From: Rhodothermales bacterium
GTDB taxonomy: Bacteria > Bacteroidota > Rhodothermia > Rhodothermales > VXPQ01
Assembly: GCA_965248175.1 (NCBI GenBank)
Contig: OZ252093.1
Location: 596,148-660,147 of the forward strand
DNA length: 64,000 nt
Direction: 5' to 3'
Positions 29,046 to 40,000 of the stretch are shown here, piece after piece. The notes beneath the pieces are model-generated. The model saw only the letters and a program-made list of their open reading frames with translations, made no database searches and was not told the origin of the DNA. Each line of letters starts with the position of its first letter. Within the stretch, counting starts at the first letter, position 1. Position numbers and translations under genes: made by a program.

Positions 29046-29987
29046 TCAAGTGATCAGGTCTTTGTACATAATGCGCTTGCCCACCAGACAGCCCGCCACG
29101 TGTTCCATCTGGTCGATGGTATCGAGGCCCCGGACATTGTGCTTGCCGCAAAACTGGTTCACGTAGCGTTGCAGGTGTTTGTGCGACAGATGGTGATACA
29201 CGCCGTTGACGCTCCGCTTCAACGTTGCCCAGAACGATTCCACCCCGTTCGTATGGACCATACCGTTTACGTACTCCTTGACACTGTGTTGAACGCTCTC
29301 ATGCTCGTACAGATACTTCAGCCCGACATAGCCCCGGTGATCGTCTGTATAGACCTTGGCGCCATATTCCATGTGGTCAAGCACGAAGCCTTGCAGCGTT
29401 TCGCCGGTGGTATTGTCTACAACCTTTGCGACAACCCGATTCGTGGCCCTGTCCTTCGCGCCTACGACCGCAGCCTTGCCTACCGGTCCGCGCCCCGCAT
29501 GTAGTTTCTTCGATGCGTGCTTGTTCGCTTCCTTGCCGCCCACGTACGTTTCATCAACCTCTACCGGACCTTCAAACGCTTCGGCTATCGCAGGAGCGAA
29601 CGCCTCGCGGATACGCTGGAGCATGAACCACGCCGTCGTTTGCGTTACCCCAATGTCCCGATGCAGTTTCATGCTCGAGATACCCTTCAAGCTGGTCATT
29701 TCAAGGTAGATGGCCCAAACCCACTTTTTCAGCGGCGCCTTGCTTGATTCCAACGCCGTTTTCGTGCGTACGGAAAACGTTCTGTTGCAATCCCTGCACC
29801 GGTAAGGCATCGTCTTGTGCGTTCCTTCGTATGTATCGGCTCCCTTGCAGCGCGGACAAAATCGACCATCGGGCCAAACAACCGCCTCGAACCAGCGTCG
29901 AGCAGCATCCTCATCGGGGAAACATTCTGCCAGTTCAATGACCGTGATTCCGTTTCTGTGATTGCGTCCGGGCGCCCGATAAGCCAT
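29046..29987 (-). CDS. IS1595-family transposase (N-terminal Zn-finger plus DDE domain)
   Basis: WPDGRFCPRCKG...YRCRDCNRTFSVRTKT (Zn_Tnp_IS1595-like) followed by EVDETYVGGK...VYTDDHRGY...VNGMVHTNGVESFWA.LKR...G.YH..S.KHL.RY..EF. Confidence 0.9.
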   Translation of the reverse strand: MAYRAPGRNHRNGITVIELAECFPDEDAARRWFEAVVWPDGRFCPRCKGADTYEGTHKTMPYRCRDCNRTFSVRTKTALESSKAPLKKWVWAIYLEMTSLKGISSMKLHRDIGVTQTTAWFMLQRIREAFAPAIAEAFEGPVEVDETYVGGKEANKHASKKLHAGRGPVGKAAVVGAKDRATNRVVAKVVDNTTGETLQGFVLDHMEYGAKVYTDDHRGYVGLKYLYEHESVQHSVKEYVNGMVHTNGVESFWATLKRSVNGVYHHLSHKHLQRYVNQFCGKHNVRGLDTIDQMEHVAGCLVGKRIMYKDLIT

Positions 29988-30038
29988 TTTCTTTTCCGAT
30001 TTGTTTACTCTTTAGTACGTAACCGGCTCCCGAAAAGT

Positions 30039-30060
30039 TTCACCTATCTATATAATCCCC
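30039..30060. repeat. IS terminal inverted repeat (right)
   Basis: TTCACCTATCTATATAATCCCC. Confidence 0.9.
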
Positions 30061-30930
30061 TATGTTTCCTATCACCTTGCGAAATGCAAAGCGAGAACCA
30101 ATCCATCCAAGCACAATCCCGCATGCCGTCAATCCACCGAACGCGAAAAGGAGAAAGGCATTCGACAACGTGCTCGTTTGCGGGAGATAACCCTGAGCCA
30201 GCACATGCAACCCCCAGAGTACGAGGGCGGCAAGAAGTCCGGACACGATACCCTGCACCACGCCTTCCACCACAAACGGCCGGCGAATAAAGCGCTCCGT
30301 GGCGCCGACCAGTTTCATGGTGCGAATGAGTAGACGGCGCGCATACATGGTGAGGCGAATCGTGTTGGCGACCAGAAATATGGAAGTCAGTACGACAATA
30401 CCCCCGATCACCATGCCGATCATGGCCAGGAGACGTAGATTTTCCTGCACTTTAGCGAGCAGAACGCGGTTAAAAATCACTTCGTCCACATGATCCCACG
30501 AACTGAACTCTTCGGTGAGTGCCGCAAGACTATCCGGATGCACATATGCGGGCAACACGCGAACCTTGATGGAGGCCGGAAGAAAAGGCGTATCCAGAAA
30601 TACATCGGCCCCTTCTCCGAATTCTTCCCGGAAAACAATCCGGGCATCGCTTTGGGACACAAATTCGGTCTTGGCAACGCCCCGCATTCCGTCGACCTGC
30701 AGGTGTATGGCGGCAACTACAGCGTCCTCCGCGGTTTCTTCCAGAAAAATCTCCAGCTCACCGACGCGTTGACGCAACCATGTCGATACTTGCTGCGCCT
30801 CGTAGGCGAGCAGCCCGAACAATCCGATCATTGTCAGCGCTACCGTCATTGCGCTGATTGAAGTAAACGCCGAGACCCTGGCCCGGCGGAACCCGACCAG
30901 TCCCTCCCGAATGCTGTACGGTATCCGCAT
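30040..30930 (-). CDS. ftsX: Cell-division permease-like protein FtsX, C-terminus rewritten by the IS insertion
   Basis: FtsX topology and motifs (REGLVGFRR...TSI...; the C-terminal 3 TM with TIRLTMYARR..I..MKLVGAT..FIR.PF). The last 6 codons and the stop (GDYIDR-stop) are encoded by the IS right IR. Confidence 0.85.
   Translation of the reverse strand: MRIPYSIREGLVGFRRARVSAFTSISAMTVALTMIGLFGLLAYEAQQVSTWLRQRVGELEIFLEETAEDAVVAAIHLQVDGMRGVAKTEFVSQSDARIVFREEFGEGADVFLDTPFLPASIKVRVLPAYVHPDSLAALTEEFSSWDHVDEVIFNRVLLAKVQENLRLLAMIGMVIGGIVVLTSIFLVANTIRLTMYARRLLIRTMKLVGATERFIRRPFVVEGVVQGIVSGLLAALVLWGLHVLAQGYLPQTSTLSNAFLLFAFGGLTACGIVLGWIGSRFAFRKVIGNIGDYIDR
30061..30068. repeat. Target-site duplication TATGTTTC (right copy)
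   Basis: See the left copy. Confidence 0.85.
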
Positions 30931-31796
30931 TACTCTGGCGTTTTTCCTCTCCTGTACGACCCCAGTACCTTGAGGTACGACGCGATTTCCCTGAGATGAT
31001 CCAGCGCCAGTTCCACGGGTTTATCCGACGCAGCGCCAAGCACATCAAGGTAGAAACGATAATTGCCCGGGCTCCCTACGAGAGGGCGGCTTTCTATCTT
31101 GAACAGGTCAAGGTCCCGGAGTGCAAACACGGCAAGGCTCTTGAAAAGGGCCCCGGGGACATTGGTCCGCATCGAAAACACGATGGACGTTTTCCAGTCC
31201 CTCCGGATGTCAGGACCCGGCGCCGGCATTTCCTGTTTGCGCGAAAGCAGCAGAAACCGCGTGTAATTCTGATGATTGCTCTCGATGTCGGCTTCGACAA
31301 TGTCGAGCCCATACACAGCCGCTGCGCGCGCACTTCCGATGGCGGCTTCGTTCGGGCGGCCGTTCCGGGCAAGTTCCCGTACGGCGCCCGCCGTATCGTA
31401 TGCGGCAATCACGTCAGCGGATGACAGACGCATCCGAAGGAAACGCTGGCACTGACCAAGCGCTTGCGGGTGGGAACGCACCACGCGAATATCTTCGAGG
31501 GAAGTGCCCGGAAGACCGATCAGATTGTGCCGGATCCGCAACTGCAACTCACCGATAATGGACACATCGTGCATACGCAGCAGGTCGTAGCACTCATGTA
31601 CACTGCCGAACAGCGAGTTTTCGATGGGAATGACCGCCCGATCGACTCCTTCGCTTGCCAGCGCCTCGAACACCTTCTCGAAGGACGGCGAGGGAATCCC
31701 TTCGGCGCCCGCAAGGAAGACCCGCAACGCTTCCTCACTGAAAGCGCCCGTTTCTCCCTGAAAAGCAATCCGTATGGAGTTGGTGGGCTCCATCAC
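30930..31796 (-). CDS. pheA: Prephenate dehydratase
   Basis: IAFQGE.GAFSE.A, AV.PIENS..G.V, the ACT region TS.VF......PGAL...L..FA....DL.KIESRP. The stop overlaps the ftsX ATG by 1 nt. Confidence 0.9.
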   Translation of the reverse strand: MMEPTNSIRIAFQGETGAFSEEALRVFLAGAEGIPSPSFEKVFEALASEGVDRAVIPIENSLFGSVHECYDLLRMHDVSIIGELQLRIRHNLIGLPGTSLEDIRVVRSHPQALGQCQRFLRMRLSSADVIAAYDTAGAVRELARNGRPNEAAIGSARAAAVYGLDIVEADIESNHQNYTRFLLLSRKQEMPAPGPDIRRDWKTSIVFSMRTNVPGALFKSLAVFALRDLDLFKIESRPLVGSPGNYRFYLDVLGAASDKPVELALDHLREIASYLKVLGSYRRGKTPE

Positions 31797-33493
31797 ATGC
31801 GCTCCGGTCTGGAGATGCCGAGTACGTGCAAGCCGTTCGCGAGTACGATCCGCGCAGCGTGCGCCAACTGCATGCGGGCAGCCGCCAGATCGTTTTCCTC
31901 CCCGATAATACGGCAGTGTCCATAGAACTGCGTAAAAGCAACGGCCACCTCGCGTAAATAATTGGCCACCTGGTGCGGCTCGCGCATTGCTGCGGCATAC
32001 TCAAGGACCTCCGGCAGCCGCAACAGCGCCTTCATCAGCATAATCTCGGCGGCATGCCCAAGCAATGACAAGTCGGCGCCGGTCTCACCGTGAAAACCCA
32101 CTTCTTCCGCTTTGCGAAGAATGGAGCAAATGCGCGCATGCGCATATTGCAAGTAAAACACCGGGTTCTTCTCGCTGGCTTCTTTCGCCAGGCCCAGATC
32201 GAATTCGAGATGGGCATTGGGCGACCGCATCAAAAAGAAAAACCGCGTTACATCTTCGCCCACTTCATCCATCAAGTCGTCCAGCGTCACATAGGTCGCC
32301 CTGCGGGTGCTCATCTTTACAGGCGCTCCGCCGCGCACAAGCGTAACAAACTGGTGAACAATGACCTCCACGCGGTCGGCGTCGTACCCCAACGCCCGCA
32401 GACCATGCAACACGTCAGGGTACGTTGCAATGTGATCAGCACCGAGAATGTCCACGATCCGCTCGAAGCCCCGATCGCACTTGCCGGCATGGTAGGCGAT
32501 ATCGGGAAGGCGATAGGTCGGCTCGCCGCTGCTCTTGACCAGCACCGTATCCTGTTCCTTGCCGAATGCCGTGGTTCTGAACCACACGGCTCCATCCCGG
32601 TCATAGCAATGGCCCTCGTCCCGTAACTGTTTCAGCGTTTTCCATACCGTATCGTTCTCGTACAGACTCCGCTCGTTGAAATACGTATCCATGTGGATAC
32701 CGAGACGGGTCAGCGTACGCTCAATGTCGGCGAAGATCGCCTGTTCGGCGGCCTCCTTGAAGGGAGCGACATCGCCGGCAATATCGGGAGCGTCCTCTGC
32801 CCGGGAGTGAAGGCGCTCCGCAATGTCGGTAATGTAGGCGCCAAGGTAGCCGTCCTCCGGGAACGACGCAGGCACCTCGACAGAAACGCCACCGGCATCT
32901 ATCCGCTTGCGCGGCGTTTCCGGATCGACGACCGCCTGGTACCGCGCCCGCACCGACTCGCCCAGTACCCGCATCTGGCGCCCGGCATCGTTGAAATAAT
33001 ACTCGCGCGTCACGTCATAGCCATTCCACGCCAGCAGGTTGGCTACCGTGTCGCCGAGTACCGCGTTTCGCCCGTGGCCGACCGTCAGCGGTCCCGTGGG
33101 GTTCGCACTCACATACTCAACCAGGGCCCGTTTCCCCTGCCCTGTCATCGAGCGGCCAAACGCCTCCCCGGCTTCGAGCAACTCCCGCAACTCCCCGACC
33201 AGATATTCGGTCGAAAAACGAAAATTGATAAATCCGGAACCCGCCACCTCCACAGAAGCAATCCGCGCAGCGTCCAGCGGACGGGCAAGCAGATGTTCCG
33301 CCAGTTCCCCGGCGATACTGCGAGGAGCACGGCGCAGATACCGCGCCAGCTGCATGGCCGCATTCGTGGCCAGATCGCCGTGCTCGGGATTTTTGGGTTT
33401 TTCGAACTCCGGCACGAAATCCTTCGGCACGCCATCGAAATCGGCCAGGGCCGCAACCAGCTCTCTTGCAAGATACTCTTTCACTGTGTGCAA
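31793..33493 (-). CDS. argS: Arginine--tRNA ligase
   Basis: VEYVSANPTGPLTVGHGRN (HIGH-type) and the class I ArgRS C-terminal DALR anticodon-binding pattern. 4-nt overlap with pheA. Confidence 0.95.
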   Translation of the reverse strand: MHTVKEYLARELVAALADFDGVPKDFVPEFEKPKNPEHGDLATNAAMQLARYLRRAPRSIAGELAEHLLARPLDAARIASVEVAGSGFINFRFSTEYLVGELRELLEAGEAFGRSMTGQGKRALVEYVSANPTGPLTVGHGRNAVLGDTVANLLAWNGYDVTREYYFNDAGRQMRVLGESVRARYQAVVDPETPRKRIDAGGVSVEVPASFPEDGYLGAYITDIAERLHSRAEDAPDIAGDVAPFKEAAEQAIFADIERTLTRLGIHMDTYFNERSLYENDTVWKTLKQLRDEGHCYDRDGAVWFRTTAFGKEQDTVLVKSSGEPTYRLPDIAYHAGKCDRGFERIVDILGADHIATYPDVLHGLRALGYDADRVEVIVHQFVTLVRGGAPVKMSTRRATYVTLDDLMDEVGEDVTRFFFLMRSPNAHLEFDLGLAKEASEKNPVFYLQYAHARICSILRKAEEVGFHGETGADLSLLGHAAEIMLMKALLRLPEVLEYAAAMREPHQVANYLREVAVAFTQFYGHCRIIGEENDLAAARMQLAHAARIVLANGLHVLGISRPERM

Positions 33494-33527
33494 AAATCTC
33501 CGATCCGTACCAAATGATTTGCGAACG

Positions 33528-34787
33528 TCAATATACGTAGATGGGAAAATCGTCGCGCCGCATGTGCAGATTCAACAGGATCGCCAGGAGTACCGTGTTG
33601 GCGAGCATGGCCGATCCTCCATAGGAAACGAAAGGCAACGGAATGCCGATGACCGGTAGCAGGCCCACCACCATCCCGATATTGACAAAAACATGCACGA
33701 GATAAATCCCCGCTATCCCTACGGCAGCCATGCTCCCGAAGGGGTGCTTGATATGGATGCCCATCTGGATCACTCGAACGAGCAGGAGCGCAAACATGGA
33801 GATCACCACCATCGAGCCGATAAATCCCCATTCTTCTCCAATGATACTGAACACAAAATCCGTCGATTGCTCAGGTACGTAGGCCCCCTGCGTCTGAGTC
33901 CCTTCCATGAATCCCTTACCGGCCAAACCCCCTGAGCCGATGGCCGCCTTCGACTGCACGAGGTGAAAACCCACACCCGACCGGAATTCCTCCGCGCCGG
34001 GGTTCGTAAAAGAAAGGATGCGAGCCACCTGATGAGGACGAAATATCTTGTTCAGCGCGAACAGCACGGCAGCAATCGAGCCAAAGGAAAATACCGCAGC
34101 CATGGCGCCGTACAAGCGCTCCTGCGTTTTCCACAACACAAGGAGCGTAAAGAGCACCGAGAAGATGATCGCCGTCGGAAGATGCACGACCGAAAAATAG
34201 CCCGCAATCCCCGTAGCGGCCATAACGATGAACATGCCCGCCGGCCAGATCGACCAGAACAACGCAATGGGCGCGATGGCGAAGAATACAAGGGCGGTTC
34301 CGGTATCGTTCTGAAGCAGGATCAACGCCATGGGCGTCAGAAAAACACCGAGCAGAAGAACCGCATATTTCACCCTGCTCGAATTGGGCCGCATGGTGGA
34401 AATCAGCTGGGCCCCCGCCAGAACGGCGCCTACCTTGGCCACTTCAGATACTTGCAGGCTCAGCCCCCCTATGTGCAACCAACTCCTCGCTCCATTGACT
34501 TCGCGTCCGAACAAAAGAGCCACGGCGAGCAATATCAACGTGCCCAGATATGCAACCCAGGCGATGCGCTGGAAAAAATGCACCGGAAGAAACAGGCAGG
34601 CCAGACCTGCGCCCAGAGATATGACGACCCATGCCAACTGGCGCCAGAAATTCTGCCGGACGGACTCGAGAAGATACTCCGCGGAAGGACCATTCGTGGT
34701 GCTGTAGATGGCTACCAGACCGACCACTACCAGGACCGCCCAGGCAAAGATCGTGAGATAATCCAGATTCCGATACCAGATGCGCAT
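33528..34787 (-). CDS. rodA: SEDS-family peptidoglycan glycosyltransferase RodA
   Basis: FtsW/RodA/SpoVE polytopic pattern (...PEQSTDFVFS..GEE.GF.G......LPVIGIPLPFVSYGGS). It lies directly downstream of PBP2. Confidence 0.9.
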   Translation of the reverse strand: MRIWYRNLDYLTIFAWAVLVVVGLVAIYSTTNGPSAEYLLESVRQNFWRQLAWVVISLGAGLACLFLPVHFFQRIAWVAYLGTLILLAVALLFGREVNGARSWLHIGGLSLQVSEVAKVGAVLAGAQLISTMRPNSSRVKYAVLLLGVFLTPMALILLQNDTGTALVFFAIAPIALFWSIWPAGMFIVMAATGIAGYFSVVHLPTAIIFSVLFTLLVLWKTQERLYGAMAAVFSFGSIAAVLFALNKIFRPHQVARILSFTNPGAEEFRSGVGFHLVQSKAAIGSGGLAGKGFMEGTQTQGAYVPEQSTDFVFSIIGEEWGFIGSMVVISMFALLLVRVIQMGIHIKHPFGSMAAVGIAGIYLVHVFVNIGMVVGLLPVIGIPLPFVSYGGSAMLANTVLLAILLNLHMRRDDFPIYVY

Positions 34788-34855
34788 AGGACAAGCCTTA
34801 TGAAACAGCGGACAAGAAGCGGGATGGTCGGCCCATACGGCCGGAACAGGGGCTA

Positions 34856-36736
34856 TTATGCATCGTCGCCGGGTTCGCTTTCCGCCGATTCGCCGTCGGC
34901 CTCGCCGCTCTCGTCATCTTCCGTGAGCAGAGACTCACTCCGCACCGCAAGCACGGACTGAAGTATCCATTGCCTCTGGGGGCTCGCGGAAATGGAGCCG
35001 GTCAGGTATTGTTCCGCCATCAACGACCCGATCGGGCCGGCGGCGACAGCCCCAAAGCCGGCATTCTCCACCTGAACCGCCACGGCTATCTCCGGATTGT
35101 CATAGGGTGCAAACAGGATGAATATGGAGTCGTCCTTCCGCTCATGGGGAGCCTGGGCCGTACCGGTTTTTCCGCCGCTGGGAATGCCGGGAATCTGAAT
35201 CCACCTTCCGGTCCCGGCCTCCATCACCCGTTTCATGCCTTCGCGCACCAGATCGAAATGCGCCTCGTCTATCGGTAGCTTTTGCGGAGCGGAAATCTTT
35301 GGATAGAGGATTTCTCCCGTCTCCTGGTGCACCATACGGGTTACGAGATGGGGCGTATACAACATGCCCCGGCTGGCCACCGCGGCCACGTACCGCGCCA
35401 ATTGCAAGGGCGTCACCCCCATATCCCCTTGCCCGACCCCGAGATTGATCGTAAAACCGGGGCCCCAGTTGGGAAAGCGCTGGTTAAAGTAAGAGGAATC
35501 AGGGATCAACCCTGCCCCTTGCTCGCTGATATCCGTGGACACCTGCTGGCCGAACCCGAACATACGCGCATACTTGCTGAAGACCTCGATGTCCGTGCGC
35601 ATCATCAACTCAAAGAAAAACGTATTGCACGACTGTTCGAGGGCCTCTTCCACAGCGATGCTCCCGTGTACGTGCATATCGCGGAAGACGCTCGGACCGC
35701 CAAGGGGATGATAGCCCCGGCAATATATGTGCTCCTCCGGGGTGATCTTCCCTTCCTGAAGGGCCATGAGCGCCATGAACGGCTTCCATGTCGAGCCGGG
35801 GGCCAACCGGTTCATGGTTGCCCGGTTGTACAGCGGCTTCTCCGGGCTGGTTATGAGATTATTCCAGGTTTCAGGATCCATGGACTCGGTAAAAACGTCC
35901 GGGGCGTAGTCCGGCATGCTTACGAGCGCCAGAATCTCCCCGCTGTTCACGTCGAGTGCGACGGCCCCACCCCGTTTGCCGACAAAGAGGGACTCCGCCA
36001 GCGCCTGCAAGTCGGTATCGAGGCCCAGGTGAATGTCGTACCCGCTTTTCGGATCGTTGTCGAATGCGCCGTCCTGCCAGGACTTAACCTCCAGGCCATG
36101 TACGTTGACGACTTTGATTTCGGAGCCCAGACGGCCCCGCAGTCTGGACTCGTATCCGATTTCGAGGCCGGACTTGCCAATCAGGTCGCCTTGCCGGTAT
36201 CCCTCCTCGCCCAAACGAACCAGCTCGTTGTCCGTGATCTCCCGCACGTATCCAAGTACGTGTGCGGCGGTGGCTTCCGTATGATACCGGCGGCGAAAAT
36301 CCCGGTCATATCCCACGCCTGGTAACCGATATAAATTTTCCGCCACGCGGCTGAAAACATCTTCCGGCACATCCCGGAACGCCTTGCCGGGCTGGAAGGC
36401 GCTGTAGCGGTGAAGTTCCGTGAATCTGGCGGAAACCACGCTGTCAGGAACCTCCAGCAAATCGGCCAGGAGGGGAATCTTGTCGCGGTCGAAATTGCGC
36501 GGGGTAATAGTAATCGTGTAACTGGGCTCGTTGTTCACCACCACCCTGCCGGCCCGGTCATAGATCGCACCGCGCGCCGGCAACACCCTGCGCTCCTGGA
36601 GCGCATTGGATTCGGATTCGATGATATAATCGTCGGTCTGGATCAATTGGAGTTGCGCAAGCCGCAAACTCAAGAGACCCATCGCAACGACGATAACGCC
36701 GATAAAAACGCGCCCGCGTATTTTGTAATCATACAT
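34856..36736 (-). CDS. mrdA: Penicillin-binding protein 2 (elongasome transpeptidase)
   Basis: N-terminal TM anchor, PBP dimerisation region, transpeptidase motifs (PGSTWKP = SxxK; GGKTGTA = KTG). Confidence 0.9.
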   Translation of the reverse strand: MYDYKIRGRVFIGVIVVAMGLLSLRLAQLQLIQTDDYIIESESNALQERRVLPARGAIYDRAGRVVVNNEPSYTITITPRNFDRDKIPLLADLLEVPDSVVSARFTELHRYSAFQPGKAFRDVPEDVFSRVAENLYRLPGVGYDRDFRRRYHTEATAAHVLGYVREITDNELVRLGEEGYRQGDLIGKSGLEIGYESRLRGRLGSEIKVVNVHGLEVKSWQDGAFDNDPKSGYDIHLGLDTDLQALAESLFVGKRGGAVALDVNSGEILALVSMPDYAPDVFTESMDPETWNNLITSPEKPLYNRATMNRLAPGSTWKPFMALMALQEGKITPEEHIYCRGYHPLGGPSVFRDMHVHGSIAVEEALEQSCNTFFFELMMRTDIEVFSKYARMFGFGQQVSTDISEQGAGLIPDSSYFNQRFPNWGPGFTINLGVGQGDMGVTPLQLARYVAAVASRGMLYTPHLVTRMVHQETGEILYPKISAPQKLPIDEAHFDLVREGMKRVMEAGTGRWIQIPGIPSGGKTGTAQAPHERKDDSIFILFAPYDNPEIAVAVQVENAGFGAVAAGPIGSLMAEQYLTGSISASPQRQWILQSVLAVRSESLLTEDDESGEADGESAESEPGDDA

Positions 36737-37024
36737 GGCCTTGCGTCCCCTTCATGTACCACGCAGCGGTATACTATCGAATATGCGTACATCCCGGGAG
36801 GTCTAACGAACTCCGGAATATTTTTCTCTACCCGGCAACCCGCTGAAATATCCCGCCATGACGGATTCTTGTCCGAATGTGCGAACCGGAAACGTTTGGG
36901 CTCGTAACAACCCTGTGCCGCAGGCTGTTTAACGAACCTTTCCTGAATATCGCGTAAATACAATACTGCCTTCAGAGCACACCATCGCCGAAACCTCCAT
37001 CCTCCGACCCTATCGGGACTGCCG

Positions 37025-40000
37025 ATGTTTCGAACCGCTTCCCTGCTTGCATATATCCTGATTTTTCTCACGTGTGCGGTTTTGGCGCCCACGCCGGCCA
37101 GCGCACAGTACTTCGGTCGAAATAAGGTCCAGTACGATCATTTCGACTTCAAGCACTTCGAGACCGAGCACTTCATCATTTACTATTACCCCGAAGAGGA
37201 ACAGGCGGTTCGCGACGCCGGGCGTATGGCCGAGCGCTGGTACAGCCGGCATTCCCGCACGTACCTCCGGGAATTCAAGGAAAAGAAGCCGATCATCTTC
37301 TATGCGAACGACGCCGATTTTCACCAGACGAATGTCATCGGGGGACTCATCGGCGAAGGCACGGGGGGCGTCACCGAATCGATCAAGCAGCGTGTCATCA
37401 TGCCGCTTACCGGCAGCTACGCCGAAACAGACCATGTGCTGGGACATGAACTCGTCCACTCCTTCCAGTACGACATAGGCCTCAGCGACCAGGGCCCGAT
37501 CCGGTTCAATCTGGCGCTCTTGCCGTTGTGGATGATTGAAGGTACGGCGGAGTACCTCTCCGTAGGACGATTCGACCCCCATACGTCTATGTGGCTGCGG
37601 GATGCGTTGCTCCGTGACGATCTGCCTACGATCGAGCAATTGACGCGCGACCAGCGCTACTTCCCATACCGGTTCGGACAGGCGTACATGGCCTACATCG
37701 GCGGGAAATACGGCGACGCCGCCGTGGCGAACCTGTACAAACTGGCCGGACGGGCCGGCGTGGACTCTGCTTTCGTGTATACGCTCGGCATTACGACCGA
37801 CTCGCTGTCCACGGAATGGAAGCAGGTGGTGCAAAAAACCTACGAACCGTTCATGGAGAACAAAACGCCCCCTGAAGAATCGGGACGGCGCATTCTGGCT
37901 CCTGAAATCGATGCGGGCGAAGTCAATCTTTCCCCTGCACTCAGCCCCGACGGAGAATACATTGCGTTCCTGTCGGAAAGAGATCTGTTCTCGATCAACC
38001 TGTTCGTGGCCGATGCACAGACGGGCGAGGTCATCACGAGCCTGAAAAACCCGGCGGCGAATCCCCACATGGATGCGCTGCGATTCATCCAGTCGGCCGG
38101 ATCCTGGTCACCGGACGGAAGACAGTTGGCCTTCGTTTCGTTCGCGGGCGGGGACAACCGGATATCCATTTTCGATGTCAGGCGACGCAGGGTACGGCAG
38201 AACATCGCCGTAGAGGGAGTCACTGCACTGACGAACCTTTCCTGGTCGCCGGACGGATCGTCCATTGCGTTTACCGGCCTCGAAGGCGGCATCAGCGACC
38301 TGTATGTCCTGAACCTGGAAACGAGTGCCGTGCGCCAGTTGACGAACGACCGGTTTGCGGACCTGCAACCGGACTGGTCGCCAGACGGGAGATACATTGC
38401 TTTTACGACCGATCGCGGTGGAGACAATACGGACTTTACGCAACTGCAGTATCAGGAAAACGGTCTTGCGCTGTTCGATATGGAGCGCAATGAAATACGG
38501 TCCCTGAGACCCTTCGGCAACGTGCTGCACCACAATCCCCAGTTCTCTCCGGATGGAAACGACCTGTATTTCATCAGTGATCAGAACGGGTTCAAGGATA
38601 TCTACCGGCTCGACCTGTCCTCGGAGGAGGTGTACCGGCTTACGAATCTGGCGACAGGCGTCAGCGGGATCACTTCACTGTCTCCGGCCATGTCCGTGGC
38701 CGACCGCACCGGCCAGATGTCCTTCTCGGTATTCTCGGACAACGCCTATACGGTGTATATGCGCGAACCCGACGAACTGGCGGGCGAGCCCGTGCAACTC
38801 CGGCCTGCCGGCCATGTCGCTACGGCGAGCATCCTTCCCCCGATCCGGTCACTCAATCAGGGGCTGGTTGGCAACTACCTCAATGATTCGATGACAGGCC
38901 TGCCTCGCCTCGGTCTGCAATGGCCCGGAAAGGAGTACCGGTCGAATCTCGAACTGGATTACGTGGCGCCCCCTACCATCGGCGTAGCGGCAGGCGGTCT
39001 GTACGGAACGCAAGTCGCCGGCGGCATCGGCTTTGCGTTCTCAGACATGCTCGGCGACCGGAACCTGTACCTTGTGGCGCAGGCCCAGGGCACATTCAAG
39101 GACATCGGGGGGCAAGCCTCGTACATCGACCTCGGACAGCGAATAAACCTCGGCGCATCGGCAGGGCACATTCCGCTTCTGTATGGCTATTCCGTGGGTG
39201 GATACGTGGATGGCTATCGGGTGGTCGAACAGCTCCGGCAACGCATCTTCATCGACCAGGTATCGGGCATTGCCCAGTATCCTTTCAGTCAAACGCGCCG
39301 GGTCGAAGCGAATGCGGGCTTTGTGCGATACGGATTCGACAACGAAGTGGAACAGTTCATTGGAGGGGGCTTCACATTCGGTCGAAACCGCGTCAAGACC
39401 GACGACTCCGTGTTCTTTCAGGGCATTGCGGAACAGGATCCCATCTATTTTTTCCAGGCCGGGCTGGCCTTTGTCGGAGACTATTCCTTCACCGGATTCA
39501 CCTCGCCGATCAGCGGAGGACGCTACCGCCTCGAAATCTCCCCGAAAATAGGGACTTCGACGTTTGTGACAGGACTCGTCGATTACCGGCACTACCTGCA
39601 TATTCAGCCGGTAACGCTGGCCGTGCGTGGGCTGCACATCGGCAACTACGGCGCCGAGTCGGCGGAAGATCTGTTTACGACGCAGTACCTCGGATATTCC
39701 TACTACCCTGGATTCGTCCGGGGGTACAATTTCCGGTCGTTTGAGGCGAAGGAATGTATGGTTGACGCAGGCACCCGCGACGGAGCCGTGTGCCCCTCAA
39801 TGGATCGTTTGCGGGGTACGCACGTCGCCCTGTCGAGCGTGGAAATTCGCGTCCCGTTCCTGGGCACCGAGCAGTTGGGACTCATTCCGTTTCCTTATCT
39901 CCCGACCGAGTTGGCGGCATTCGTGGACGGCGGCGTGGCATGGACCGCCGAAGATTTACCTGTGCTTAAATTCGATCGGACTACAAGCAAGCGCGTGCCC

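Larger units (their letters stand above)
28785..30060 (-). mobile_element. IS1595-family insertion sequence (1276 bp), apparently intact
   Basis: Perfect 22-bp terminal inverted repeats GGGGATTATATAGATAGGTGAA, an 8-bp TSD and a single 313-aa transposase ORF. Confidence 0.9.

Noticed and set aside
37010-38068. 352-aa minus-strand ORF
   Set aside because: It is antisense to the HExxH/PD40 gene and has no motifs.
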